Of a DNA stretch of 64,000 nucleotides, positions 52,425 to 64,000 are shown in pieces. Made by a program: the position numbers and the translations under genes. This DNA is from Raillietiella orientalis (taxonomy: Eukaryota): the NCBI GenBank assembly GCA_036172245.1, contig JAYWIR010000008.1, positions 1,736,001-1,800,000 on the forward strand, given 5' to 3'. The stretch's first letter is position 1; every line of letters starts with the position of its first letter. Under the pieces are notes generated by a model. It did not search any database. It had not been told where the DNA came from and saw nothing but the letters and a program-made list of their open reading frames with translations.

Positions 52425-53515
52425 AGGCCTAACACTTGCGGGAAGAACGGGGGCTTCGGCTGGCAGCAGCGCCCGCACCCGGTGCCGCGCCGATGGGGTG
52501 TCGGTCCGACAGACAGGTCACTCTCCGTGCTCGACGCTGCCTGACCAACCCCACCAATCGCCCCAGTCGCACTCTTCGGGAGCGCGCGACGCCCCAAGAG
52601 CATGCTTGCAAGAATTCGGATGGACGAGAAAGGTTGCCGCAGGCACGCACGCTACGGCCACTGGCCAAGGAACGAGCGGACGCCAAGACGAACCGCAAGG
52701 ATATCCGCTACGTGGGAAGCCTCAGTTTCCTCGATGAAAGCTTTTCCTGTTTGCACTCATGGTCCGATGATGTGCGCCTCCACGGGTGGTCCTCGTTGAG
52801 CAACATCCTGATCCGTGTGCCTCCGAGTGCCCTCGTGCGGCGACTGATGCTCGGGTCTTGGCTCCGGACGACAGAATGGTTCGGACGCACGGCTTTTCTT
52901 TCGCTGTTCCTCGTGAGGCATGGCGGTCGGTGGCCCAAACGGGGGAGAATGCTGGTGGCCACAATCGAGCAAATGGTCCAAAGCCTCCCGCGAGCTCCAG
53001 ACTCCGCTGGATGACGGCTAACAATATCAGCATGCTGATGGTGCCGAGAAGAGATAATAAAAGGGTGGCAAACATGGCTGACAGAGTCGAAGAAGCGGTG
53101 CGAGCGATTCCCTTTTCTTTATCGCTCGGTTCCCGTTGAGGCAGTGAGGTTCCCCAGCGAGAAGGCGAGTCGCTGAAGTTCCGAATTCGGTGCTCTCTTG
53201 CATCCCTGCGTAGGGGAGGGTGTCGCATCTCCTGCAGATGGAGGACGCGACTCGAACGGGTGCGAGCCCCGGAGTGCCGCCCTTGAAGGTGCTTGCGATT
53301 CGGTGGGCGCCCGATTTGTCTCCGGACATTCGCGCCAGCACTTGAAGGGGGGGAACATGGGGAGGAGGTCGCTGTTGCTTCCGCGCCGCAGAGGGAACGC
53401 ATCTTCCTCGACTGGCGCATTCTCTTCCTTCTTGAGCGAAGAAGGCAGCAAGGAATGCGAATTCATTCCCGTCACCGCCCTCTTCCTTTTTTTCTTCGAG
53501 GGTGATTTTCAATCT
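52425..53515 (+). repeat. 1091-bp direct duplication, copy B
   Basis: Nearly identical to 42577-43667. Confidence 0.97.
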
Positions 53516-53549
53516 TACTCTTATAACGAATCTTTCGAAAGATTCTTTG

Positions 53550-55500
53550 CAATTCCTTCATCTCATTTGTCTGCCGAAGGTTCGCTGACGGCTGTTCATA
53601 TAAGAGGGTGACCCGAGACGTCTAATTAGTAAATGTCCCGCTGTGCTGATTATTAGAGCGCACCATCCTCTTCAGGTTTTCTCCCTTTGCCCGAGAGATT
53701 TTAAATTCTGGGAGCGCTCGGCTGTTCCTCCAGTCCCAGGCTTCTAGGGACATCGTCAACCAGACTTCATTACCGAAGCTCATGTTCCCGTCATCAAGCG
53801 GGAGAGACAGCTACTTTCGATCCAAAGTACGAGTTCCGAGGGGAGCCTGAAGGCGTCTCCAGGGAGTGGTCGGTTCGAGCACGGCAGCTCTCATTTTGTC
53901 TGCACCGCTTCCTTGATGTGCTCGAACACGTGGTTGATGCCCCATAGAAATGGAGTTGAAATTTCTTACGCATCTACTGAGGACACGCGCGTCAGGGAGT
54001 CACGTGTTCCTTTGGCCTCCTCAGCAAGGCTGTAGGACGATCCATCGGCCAGCGCCATGTCAAAGAATCTCAGGTAAAGTAGGTGGACCTGCGACGTTCT
54101 CCGATGAAGGACATGGTTTTCTGGATGCTCTCCAGGATTAAGGAGCTCCATGGTTCCCTGTGGTGGAACATGAATGCTCCAGCGGGGGCGCTCAGCTGCG
54201 TCTATCAGAGGCGGTTTCCTCGATCGCGAGCTCGGGTTCTCCATCTCGAAATGTCCAAAGCACTCGTATCCTTCACAAGCCATCGATTTTCTTAACCTCT
54301 TTCTGTCATCCTGAGGATCCGTGGGCTGCTTGCCACAGTGCGGAATCCTAAGGCGTTTTCATCCTCCAGCCTCCGAACTCCGAAATCCGAGCAGCTTCCG
54401 GCTTTTTTCGCGCACACGTGCGGAAGGCGGCCAAGCCGTCTGCCTCTTCTTCCTCCCTTCCCTCCTTCCCCCTTCGACCTGCTCCCTTAGTCGCTGCAGC
54501 GGCTCGAGACGGACACTCCGCAGCCTTCGTAGACGTCCGCCCCGTCTTCTGAGTCTGCGCTCCTGCCGCCTCTCGGCTTATTTCCTGATGCATCTTCCTA
54601 CGGGCAGGACATTCTGCTCCGCGTGCTCAGCTCCGTGGCTCCGTCGAAGCGACGAGGATCGCTCCCCGGGCTCCTGAGGATGCTGCGCGCGTCACACGGC
54701 GAGGCATGAAGCAGATTTTTTGCCGATGGAAGAAGAGATCTCAGAAAATCTGCAAGAGTTTCACCTGGAGCGGCATCAGCAGCTGGCTGAAGAACAACGA
54801 GCCCAGCAAAAAGGATGAATCAGGTACTGTTCTACCCCACGCTCGTTCCTCCCCCTAGTGCCTGTTGGAAGGGGAGTCTGTTTGGGTCCTGCATGACCAA
54901 CTCCCGCACCCTATCGGCTACATCGGAAAGAATGGGGGAGGGAGGCTCCGCTGACCCTGATGCGCTCTCAGCATGTGTGGACCCGGCGTAGGCGGGCAGG
55001 AGCTTCGTCCTCGGCATCTATGGGATGGGGATCAGGCGAAGGGCCGGATGGCAGAGCGCGCGGGCGTAGCGACTGGCGGGGAATGCAAAGCTTGGCGGAG
55101 ACGCAGCTCGCTCGCGCGTGGGGAACGGCCGGCGGTCGAGCCCACCTGACTAGCTACGCCCAAGGGGGATGTTTCCATGTCGCAGTGCATCCGCCGCTCT
55201 CCCGGTCTGCTTCCGCAGCTCCGGAACTTGGAATGGCGCGGTTCGAAGGTCTCCTTCGGTCACCCTGCCACTTGTTTTTAGCGAGCAGAAGTGCCCTTAT
55301 GTCCACCCATCCCGTTGGGCGGCTTCCCTGTTGGATCATCTTCCTGCGAACGTTGCCTTGTTGGGGGCAGGGAGGGAGGGACTGCTTTCATCCTCTTTTT
55401 TTCACATGAGGTCTGGATGGCCAAGCCGAGGACTTTCCCTGGCCGGTCCAGACATCTTTCGTCCATCTGACACGATCGAAAGCTAGTTGGTTCGATCTCG
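53550..55500 (-). mobile_element. Contracted RLE element relic (ZnF remnants + RT)
   Basis: PCPQQG, GGCTATW, PHMLRAH, SAPAG, TWRWPMDRPTALLRR, SLVDDV, in order. Confidence 0.45.
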
Positions 55501-56999
55501 CACACCATTCGGCGGCGTCTGACCCCGGAGAATTTCGTCCTCAGCGGGTGCAGGGGCGGAGACGAAGGGGGGAGGGGTCCGGCAGCGATTACCGCTCTCG
55601 CAACGAGTCGGCTTGCCACCGCCTCCGGAAGACGCGCGCATGCTGGAAGGGGAGAAATTTCCTGTCTCTCCGGAGGAAGAGGTCGCTAGTGGCAACGAGG
55701 ATCCCCACGTTCGGCGGCCACGCGTGCAGACTACGGCGCCGGCACGAGCGGTCAGATGAGGACGGGAGAAGAAGGTGCGAGGGAGCAGTCCCTGGCAGTT
55801 TTCCGGCCTAAATAGAGACAAGGAAGGATTAGTGCTAAAGAAGCTGCATGCTTGTTCTGTGAGACCCTTCCACGAAGGGGATATCCTTCAAGGATGCTCT
55901 AAAGGAAGGCAATCCTTCCATCCTGTCCTGTCGAGATAAACCAATCCTTTTAACGGCAGGCACCTTGGAAACGCACGACGGCAGGGGAAGGCATGCACGC
56001 ATCCGTTTGTATACAGAGTGCATTTGTATACACATATGCGTAGGCATGCATTTGTATGCGCCCACTCGCACGCGCACTTGAAAATACTCTGTCTCAAAAT
56101 GGGTCTCGTAGTCGAGGGCCGAGCGACCACTTCTCCGCTGTGGAAGTAGCCCAGGTAGGCTTTGGAGATCCACCGACGCTGACTGTGGTCTCACCCTGTC
56201 CGCTGCTCGTCGAAAGTTCCGCCTCCTCGTTGCCGGTGCCTTTCTCATCCGAGGAAGAACACCCCTCGTGCTTCGAACGACCTCTTCGACTCACGAGAGC
56301 AACGGTGGTGGCTGATCGACCATTCACTTGGGTGCGCGCACGAGCACGTGTGCGTGTCTTTGTGTGTGAGCATCCAGGGGGCTGCGAATGGGTTGAAAAC
56401 AGACCAGGAGACCCTGCTGTGACCCAAGGTGGGGGGAAGGAGATATGGGAAACCAGAAAACGTAAGCGATTGCTGCGACTGAGGTCAAACCGCCTTCCCC
56501 GCCCTCCGGATGCACGCCGGCTACCGGAAGAAGAGGTGCACCACCACCCGTCTAGCTCTTCTCCTGCCATCTTCTTCGAGCTGGAGATTTCCTCTCGTCT
56601 GGCAGAGGCCTCCTGGGTCATCTTGCCGCCGCAGTTGGGCTCCCCACAGACTCCTCCACGGTACGACGGTCCCCGCGCACTTCTGCTCCCTTGCGGCGGT
56701 GACCGCACTCCCCGTCGGATCGGCGAGGAACTGTGCCTTCCTCCCCCCTGGGGCAGGGCTCGTGCCGGAAGTGGCTCTAGGAGTCTTCCTCGGGCACGCG
56801 GCAACGGCGGCAGCGGACCAGGGCATAGGATTGAATTCCGAGAAGGCGGGACGGATATGCCGCGACCTTGAGGACCTGTTGCGAGGCAACGCGGGACGGG
56901 GATTGGGTGAAGTCAAGCGCGCTCCGGAGGTAGGGAGAACAATGAGACCAAGACTGACAATGAGACAATGAGAACAAGCGGAGCGATGAGAAAAGGAAC

Positions 57000-59900
57000 C
57001 TCTGAGTCCCCTTGGGGTGCCCCATCCTCTGTGACTCCGGAAGAAAGCATCATCGTCCTTGGGGCCGCTGTCGCTGAGACAGAGAAAAGTCACTTGCGCT
57101 CTCTTGTGCCTGCCACGCTGCTACTGTCAGCAGAAATCGCATGTGCCAGAATTACGGAGTTCTCTGGAGTGGACTGTGGTCACCTTGTCCGTTATCACCT
57201 GATCGTAAAAAATTGCGTCGTCTCCCCACCGGAGTCTTCGTTTCGGAGGCTGGCATCGCCTAAGGTTATGGCGGCCTCGCCGGTTCTCACGTGGCGGCGG
57301 CTGGCTTACTGGCCCTATTGATCGGCCATTATCCACAGAACAAGTCCTTCTGCGGGCAACGTAGCAGCCTACGAGGAGACTGACCAGTTGGGGTCTCCCC
57401 GACTGCTCCGACCGAGAAGCGACGACATCCGTCGAGAGGTGACGGAGCCTCTCGGTTACGTAGCCACACCCTCTTCGCCCTTCGCGCGCCTTCCAAAGGT
57501 TTGCCATCGTTACCGCGGTGGTTGAGCTCTTTAGTGGGCCGGTTGAAGGTCGTCCTCTGAGCAGTGCTGCTACCCTCTGACTGGCTAGCTCGCCCCGCCT
57601 GCTGTCCCTTGGTACCTCGAGTGGTGCTCCTTGTGGTTAGCGCTGCTTCTCGCCGCGCAGGGTGTCCCAAGAGCACTTTCCCTCCGTCAAGAAAGGATGA
57701 AGAAATCTGATTTTTCCATGGAATTCGCCCGAGAGGTCTCCCGGGAGGGACGTGGAAGAGTGCAATGAGGGATGACCTTTCCGCGGGTCGGTCGAGCCGC
57801 GCGATTCCTCGATGGACCTGAAGCGAACACCTCGGATGGTGCGATGGATCCTCTGCCGCCCTCCAAAAAAGGAAGGGAATTTTGGAAGAGTTCTGGGAAG
57901 CGCTTGGGGAAGAGCGAGCCAATTCCCGTTTCCTCCGCTCCCTACAGCTACCAAAACGAGGAGTCACCTGTGTGTGTTGCGGCTGTGGATGCGCTTGGTC
58001 TCCCCCCTGTCCAAGGGGGGAGAGTCTAAGGAACGTTTCCGGCAAGTGGAATGCCTCATTCTTCCTTCCGAAGCAGGGGGGAAAAGGGGGAGAAGTAGAT
58101 GGACTGCGAGGAAGCTGGAGTGACCTTGGCAATCCCACGGACGAAACGGGGAGCACCAGTCATGCACGTGGCAGAGCATTTTCCTTCCTTGATCTTCGAA
58201 AGATCGCTGTGCATGGGCAGAAAAGGGAATGCAGAAAGGGGAAGGAGTTAGGGATGGAACTCTTTGGGATTCCAGGATAGAGCTCTCGGAGTCGGAGCTT
58301 GCCTGTGTCCGGAGGCTTTGTGGTTAAGGCTTCCGCGTGTGGTACCATGCGTCGCGGGTTAAAAAAAAAAAAACACTCTGGGACCCCAGCTGCGCGCGCA
58401 AACCGCGGGCGTGGCCATGACCTTCTCGCTTCTCTCTCTCTGGAGATCTCTCTAGACCCCGTGAGGCGCCCTGCTTGTCCGAGTGAACGTTCCTTGCGCT
58501 CCCGGGTTTCTAACTGGACGGACAAATGACTGACCTTTTTCGCCTCCGTCAGCGTGGGGAGATGAGACTTCACAGTCCCATCCTTCCTCCTCCCACCAAT
58601 CTAAGGCGGCTAGCCGGCGTTACCTTCCAGCACCCACTCTTTCGTGTGTTGCGCCCTTAAGGGCGGGAACCCGCCATGTTCGCGTAGCGTCCACTCGCGC
58701 TTACTTCACCTCCCTGACAGTGGTCAGCCGCACAACTCCTGCGCGCGGAACAGCCAGGCAAGAAATAGGAAGAAGAGGGAAAAAGACGGAGAGAAAAAGG
58801 ATGGGGAAGATGTGCCTTCCCTAGTATCCACGGATCAAATCCGAGTGAAAGGGGGTGAATGAGGCGATTTCTCTGGCATGCCTTCCCAATCTGAGGGTGA
58901 ATCTCGAGGGCTACTGTCGATGACGATGACGGTGACGATTTTTCCACCATCCTCCGCGCCTTGCTATCAAAGAGTCGCCAAGCAGCTTTTTGGTGACCGC
59001 AGGGTGGTTCCAAGAGAAAAGGATGAGTGTTAAAGGGTTCTAAGAATCACTCCGAGATGTTATCCCACTGACGCGCCCACAGGCGCCTCCGTGCCGCGCT
59101 GGCGCCGGCGATAGGGATTTTATTCTACCACAAAGTGCGACTGGTCCTTCAAGAACCGCAGAAACCCCCTTTTTTCCTTCTCCCATCCTGCAGCAGGCCA
59201 CATAGAGATAACGAGGTTCCGTCTCAGGAGGACGGGATGGTCGGACCATTCCTGCTGCCGCCAGCTGTCGGACAGAGCAGTGCCCAAAGCGGAATCTGAG
59301 CAGAGGCTGGAGAAACCGCGTCTGTCTCAACTTCCTTATAATCTGTCTCGATCACGACATGAGGGTTTTTCGAGGCTTCCTCCGCCTTGGTTCGCTTCGA
59401 ATGTCCTGGAGTGGGGACAGGCGAGGAAACCCGAGAAGCTTACAATGGTTCAGCGCGGCCCTCCCTCTGATCCGAAAACCGCGTGGCGTCGGCTGCTGGA
59501 GACAAGAGAGTGACACAACTTACAGAAGGTTGTCGCACTTCCGGGAGGCAACCGGGAAACTAGCTCTTAGCGTGGACTCTCGTCCCTTCGGTATCCAAGG
59601 CGAGAACTCCTTACCTTGAAGAACCCCAGTTCAGCAACCTTTCGCTCTTGCCTAATGACCCAGACACGTGACGATCTTCCGCGGAAGCAACGATGTCTCC
59701 ACGGCGCGCCTCGGAAGCAGGAAGTCTTGCGGCAAGACGTCTCGAGTTCCGCGGATTGAAGGAGTTGGCCCAGTGCGGTGCCCGCTGGAAGAAGATCCAC
59801 TCTTCTGTCTCGACTCACACGAAAAGAATTCGCCAGATCATTTTCTCTCAGAATCCTGTAGCAGGGAACAGCCTCGGGGTAGTCCCCGAGCTCTGCAAGT

Positions 59901-60400
59901 GCGGCTGAACCAGAGGAACGGGAGGAACTCAAAGGATACCAGGGAAGGTGGCGCAGGACGCAGGAGGTCCGCTTCCAAGTCGGCAATCTCTTGAGGCCAT
60001 CCCTTCTCCACAGTCTCCCCACATGGAAGAAGAATTCCTTCCGCGTTGCAGTCATCGCGCCCGTATGAATTCTTCACGTTATGGTCGTGAGCGTGCGAAT
60101 TCGGTCCATTGCAGCAGCCGTGCGTGCGGGAATTACGCATTTTGTGCTCCGAATTCCATGTCACTGGGACCACGCCTATGCCGATCCTGCATCCCATGTG
60201 AGCGTGCAGCCTGCCTCACAGTCACCCCGCCTTCCCGATGGATTTTGCGTCATCGCAATCATGTCTGCATCGAATTCTGTAAGCGCTTCGTCTGCACGAG
60301 TACTACAATTGGAACGACACTAGAAATTCTGTGCCACTGCGGTCAGTGAACATGGCTCTTCCGTTTACCATCAGCATCATAGGAATGGTCATGTTGCCTC
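57000..60400 (-). mobile_element. Degenerate R2-like element (ZnF/Myb-like, RT)
   Basis: KGWPQEIADLEADLL (Myb-like), KVLLGHPARR..TTRG, SRGDP / LVSLL (motif B). Confidence 0.45.
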
Positions 60401-61249
60401 AGAGCAACTCACGGACTGCCCTCGTTTCTTTCGGAGTGGATGCCAAACCGAGTGTCTCTTTACCTCCTGGCTGGATGCACTCCGGCTTTCTTCAAAATAC
60501 TTGGAGGATCATGGAGAGGGCTTCCGTGGTGAGGGAGGCTGCCGCTCCACCTCGTCCACGTAGGCGCTGCCCGCGGAATGCTGGACATCCTTCAGGGTGA
60601 ACCAATCTTCTAGCCTGTAGCTTCGCCTTACCCCCCCCCCCCCTCCAGCTAAGATTACCCCTATTCCTCCCCCCACTGCTCACATCCACTTGTCACTTCC
60701 GCCTTCTCATTCGTGAGTCTTTTCCTCTTGTTGGCCATCAAGGAAACAGTTTATGAGCAAAAGGTGGGAGGAGGCACTTGCGAGGGTTTCGTTCCTACCC
60801 GACTGGTCACTTGGTTCCCAGTCACTGGTCATGGAAACCTTGGGGAAGCCTCGAGAATGTCCCTCGTCCAAAGGGTTCTGCGAACCGAGGTGTCGACGCG
60901 ATCAGAAGTCGTTAGTTGGCAGAGGAGTCGGTGAAACGGGTGTAAGCGACGGGGACTCTGGGATTCAGACAAGGGTTTCACAGACTCTCCAGCTATCCAC
61001 AGCAGCCACGTTGCCGCCCCTTCTCTTTTTTTCGGACCAGCAGATGCACTGTACGAGACCGCGGTTTCCCGACTGCAGTTCCCAGGAAACGGTCGCGTCA
61101 TTACTGGGCGAGTTTTTCAGGGATACGGGTGTGTGACCGGAACCTGGGGATGTCGTGCGCAGTTCAACCACCGAGTGAAGCCAGTTGAACGCGAGCCTCA
61201 AGACACGGTGAGTCACGTGACTGGCAAAAAAAGGTTTCCGTTTTTGGCT

Positions 61250-62000
61250 TGCGGAGTACTCAAGAACCTTTTGCCTCCTCAAGGGGAGTTCACGAAGCTC
61301 TTGAACACTGCCCACGCCACTCAAGGTGCGTGGGCAGTCTTTAAGTTTGGGGAAACCTCGGAAGGGGAACAACTTGTAAACCCAGGAAGGCTCAGGAAGA
61401 AGGAACCAAACCCCCTCACCCTTGAGAGAGAGCGCCGAAGGGAATCCCTCCCTTATTCTCTCCGGAGAGACCCCACAGAGCAGGCCATTTCATTATTTCT
61501 TCTCTGAAGGAAACCTGGAAAGGATCGCTTCCTGAATTTCTTCTCCGGAGGTCATTCGCAAGGGAACCGCTCCTTCTTTATTCTTCCGAAGAGAACCCGA
61601 AGAGATGTTTCCCGATTTCCACGAAGGGCGCTCCACAAAGGGAGCAGCGCGCTTCTGACATGGGAGAGGCAACCCTCTGAGGAGGGTATCAAGCAGCCCC
61701 ATGGTACAATTCCCTTTTCGCAACCGGAGGGGAACCTCGAAAGGCTCCTTGATACCTGGAAGGACCCCGAAGGGTCAACTTTCAGTTCCGGTCAATCAAT
61801 GGAGGCAGCAATATCCTGCGCAAGGGACTCGAAACCCATGACGTGCCCATTTCTGGACAACAATCTTCTTCGAGTGGGATTCGAACCTGCAACGCTTGTC
61901 ACCACTCGCGGAGGCTGTCGTCACACGGCTGTCAATGCGGGCGTGCAGGTCACAGAGACAGGCCCACGAAACGGTGCGGGCTAGGTTGGGTCCTGCTGGA
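61250..62000 (+). mobile_element. 5'/N-terminal part of RLE retrotransposon family X
   Basis: Colinear homology to the rc of 7160-7710 and 6420-6560, and to the rc of 25160-25680. Peptide KPMTCPFLDNNLLRVGFEPATLVTTRGGCRH. Confidence 0.7.
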
Positions 62001-62971
62001 AGCGGGAAACGAACAACACTCAGACGTCGCTTGTGAGCTTCAGGGAGCCCAAGATCGGAGCCGATGGACTCTGCTTGGAATCTGCTCCCAGTATACCCAT
62101 CAGGTAAAGGAGCAAACGAGGTCAAGCGGATGACAACTGAAAAAGAGATCAGGAAGATGGGAGATTCGAGTTTTCTTCCTTCCGGCCCGGCGTTTTTGAA
62201 ACTGCAGCTGCTCACGTGACCGGAAGAGACATCAGGGCAGAAAGAAAGTGAGCAAGGAGCATCCATCTTTCCTTATAGAACGGAAGATTGCAGCATGGGA
62301 CCCCGAGTCAGTAGCCGCAGCAGGAAGGAATGGAGAGGGCGCTGGAGATCGAGCGTTTACGACGTTCTGCGCCTTCTGGGGTTTGAAGGAGGGAGTTGAG
62401 GATCCATCTTGGGCGCAGTCCAGTAAACGAGCAGATGCCATCCTGAGCAGGGAGGAAGTTGGAAACGGGAAATCGGCTTACCGACCTCAGCAGTATCCTA
62501 GAGACCGTCGGCATCCGCACGTCGCCAGGCGACCTCAGCAAAGAAGGAGACGCGTCGAAAGCCATCGGTGCTCTTGGTGGCCGGAAGGAAGATGGGAGGG
62601 GTGAATAGAAATTCCGAAGAATGCACGCTCGCTGCACGAGGGCGTCCGATCGAACTGGAGAGTACCTGCGTGCATTCTGCCAGACACACGTGTGAGCACG
62701 TGCGGGCGTTCCCGAGAGTGCACAGAACGCCTGCGAGTGCACTCGGTGCGCACGGCATAAATTGACTCACCCCTGTCACATGGATGCACACGTTCTGGGT
62801 GCACTCAAATGTACACCGGTTCGTAGCACCGCAGGCGCGTGCGCGCGCGCAGGCTGCCACACTCCTTCCACCACGGAAGAAGATGCCGTTCTTTTTTTCG
62901 TTTTTTGTTTAGATTCTCTCTTTGCAGTTTCAGGGTACAACAAGTTATCCAGCGAGACCGAAAAGTTAGGG

Positions 62972-63500
62972 ATGACTTGGGATTACAACTTGTCCGAGGA
63001 CTCCACCAACGACACCCTAAGCATTTCCGACTCCGAACAAGAGCACCAGGAAGCAGGTATGAGCGGCAGCGGACTCCCCACGGCTCGAGCCCCTGCCTCG
63101 CTTGGTCTTTCCCAGAATGCCCTGTTTGCGAGCGGATATTCGACGGATGCACCAAACTCAAGGAGCACCAGCTCAAGAAAGGACACTTTGCGTAAGTGGG
63201 GAGCAGCTCGCCGGCGCAGATTCCCGAGAGGCACTCTCGCGTTGTCACCTAGCGAGCACCAGCTTCATCCCTGCCGGCTGGGCGGGAAACCCTCTGCATG
63301 ACCTGTCCCGCTCTCGCGTGCAGCGGGAATTCCCGCTGCGGACGAACGTAGCGATGCCGCACGCTGCGATGTGCCAGGGGAGGGCTGCCCGTCACGCCTC
63401 ACGAAGGCGCTCTGGCAGGTGTACTGCAAGCCCCATGCCCGCATGCTCGCGAGCGTCGCAGCGGGGCTGCTGTGGTGACCCCGCAGGTACAGGAGAGTTG
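62972..63500 (+). pseudogene. Frameshifted N-terminal C2H2 zinc-finger region, probably a retrotransposon ORF start
   Basis: Clean finger FPECPVCERIFDGCTKLKEHQLKKGH (about 63109-63186). A further broken finger reads MTCPALAC / QREFPLRTNVAMPH. Confidence 0.65.
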
Positions 63501-64000
63501 CCTGAGAATGCAACGAGGGCAGTCTTTGAGTTGCTCTGAGGCAACATGACCATTCTTATGATGCAGATTCTCCCTCGCGATGCTGATATTAAACGAAGGC
63601 TCCATGTTCACGGACCGCAGTAGCGCAAAATTTCGCGTCACTTGCCTGCTTCTCCCCTCCCCCAAGTTACTTCGGGGTGTCCCCGCGACGGACTCGTCGC
63701 CTTCTTCGTTCCCAGACGATGCCCATTCCTCCGGGTTCACATCCGACCACTGCGCTGCGGCCGAACTCAACCCTCCGCGACAACCGCAGACGTTGGCTGT
63801 CCTGAAGCCACAGTCATAGGCAACTCCCTGCAGAAAGCAGGGTTGCCAACACTTTCGAGTCCCACCCTGCCACGCTTACTTGCACTTTCCCTGCAGCGCA
63901 CGGTTTCTAGGAGAGCGCGTGGGTGCTAGGAGGGAGTACCCGGATGAAAGGTCAAACTTGGCGCACAGGGTAGCGAGCTAACCCACACGCCGGACATGAT

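Larger units (their letters stand above)
49900..53515 (-). mobile_element. Degenerate NeSL/Utopia-like RLE retrotransposon; best-preserved CCHC + RLE at 50000-50600
   Basis: ASSFLPTNGNYLRLQDYRFIHPVRL..CRRCRREDETVSHILN..RHDEI; DLVMRKGNRIIMMDVCCPYEGGKEAFSTSRRKKQEK; AFIVGSLSAWDPGNEEVLQDLGIPK. Confidence 0.85.

Noticed and set aside
42577..53515. LTR retrotransposon bounded by the 1091-bp repeats
   Set aside because: No TG..CA ends, PBS, PPT or TSD are seen, and the interior holds mixed-orientation non-LTR relics.
57200..57250. WGDDAIF as an RdRp/RT catalytic motif
   Set aside because: It is an isolated motif. Its position relative to the upstream motif B remnant fits poorly and no other RdRp motifs are visible.

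Overview
This window is eukaryotic (probably invertebrate) repeat DNA. I see no intact protein-coding gene and no rRNA, snRNA or canonical tRNA gene. Almost all of it is a dense array of decayed non-LTR retrotransposons of the restriction-like-endonuclease (RLE) type, on both strands. They are recognisable from frameshifted remnants of N-terminal C2H2 fingers, Myb-like motifs, RT motifs, the CCHC knuckle and the PD..D/K RLE domain. R2-like, NeSL/Utopia-like and R4/Dong-like flavours appear to be present, but none of their usual RNA-gene targets. Three AT-rich Mutator-like foldback MITEs with degenerate 9-bp TSDs are inserted, two of them carrying nested MITEs (Tc2/pogo-like and piggyBac-like). 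Two young, near-identical tracts (1091 bp direct, about 310 bp inverted) sit inside otherwise diverged paralogues. The ORF track is mostly shadow ORFs of these relics. Retroelement boundaries are approximate and were judged by eye.
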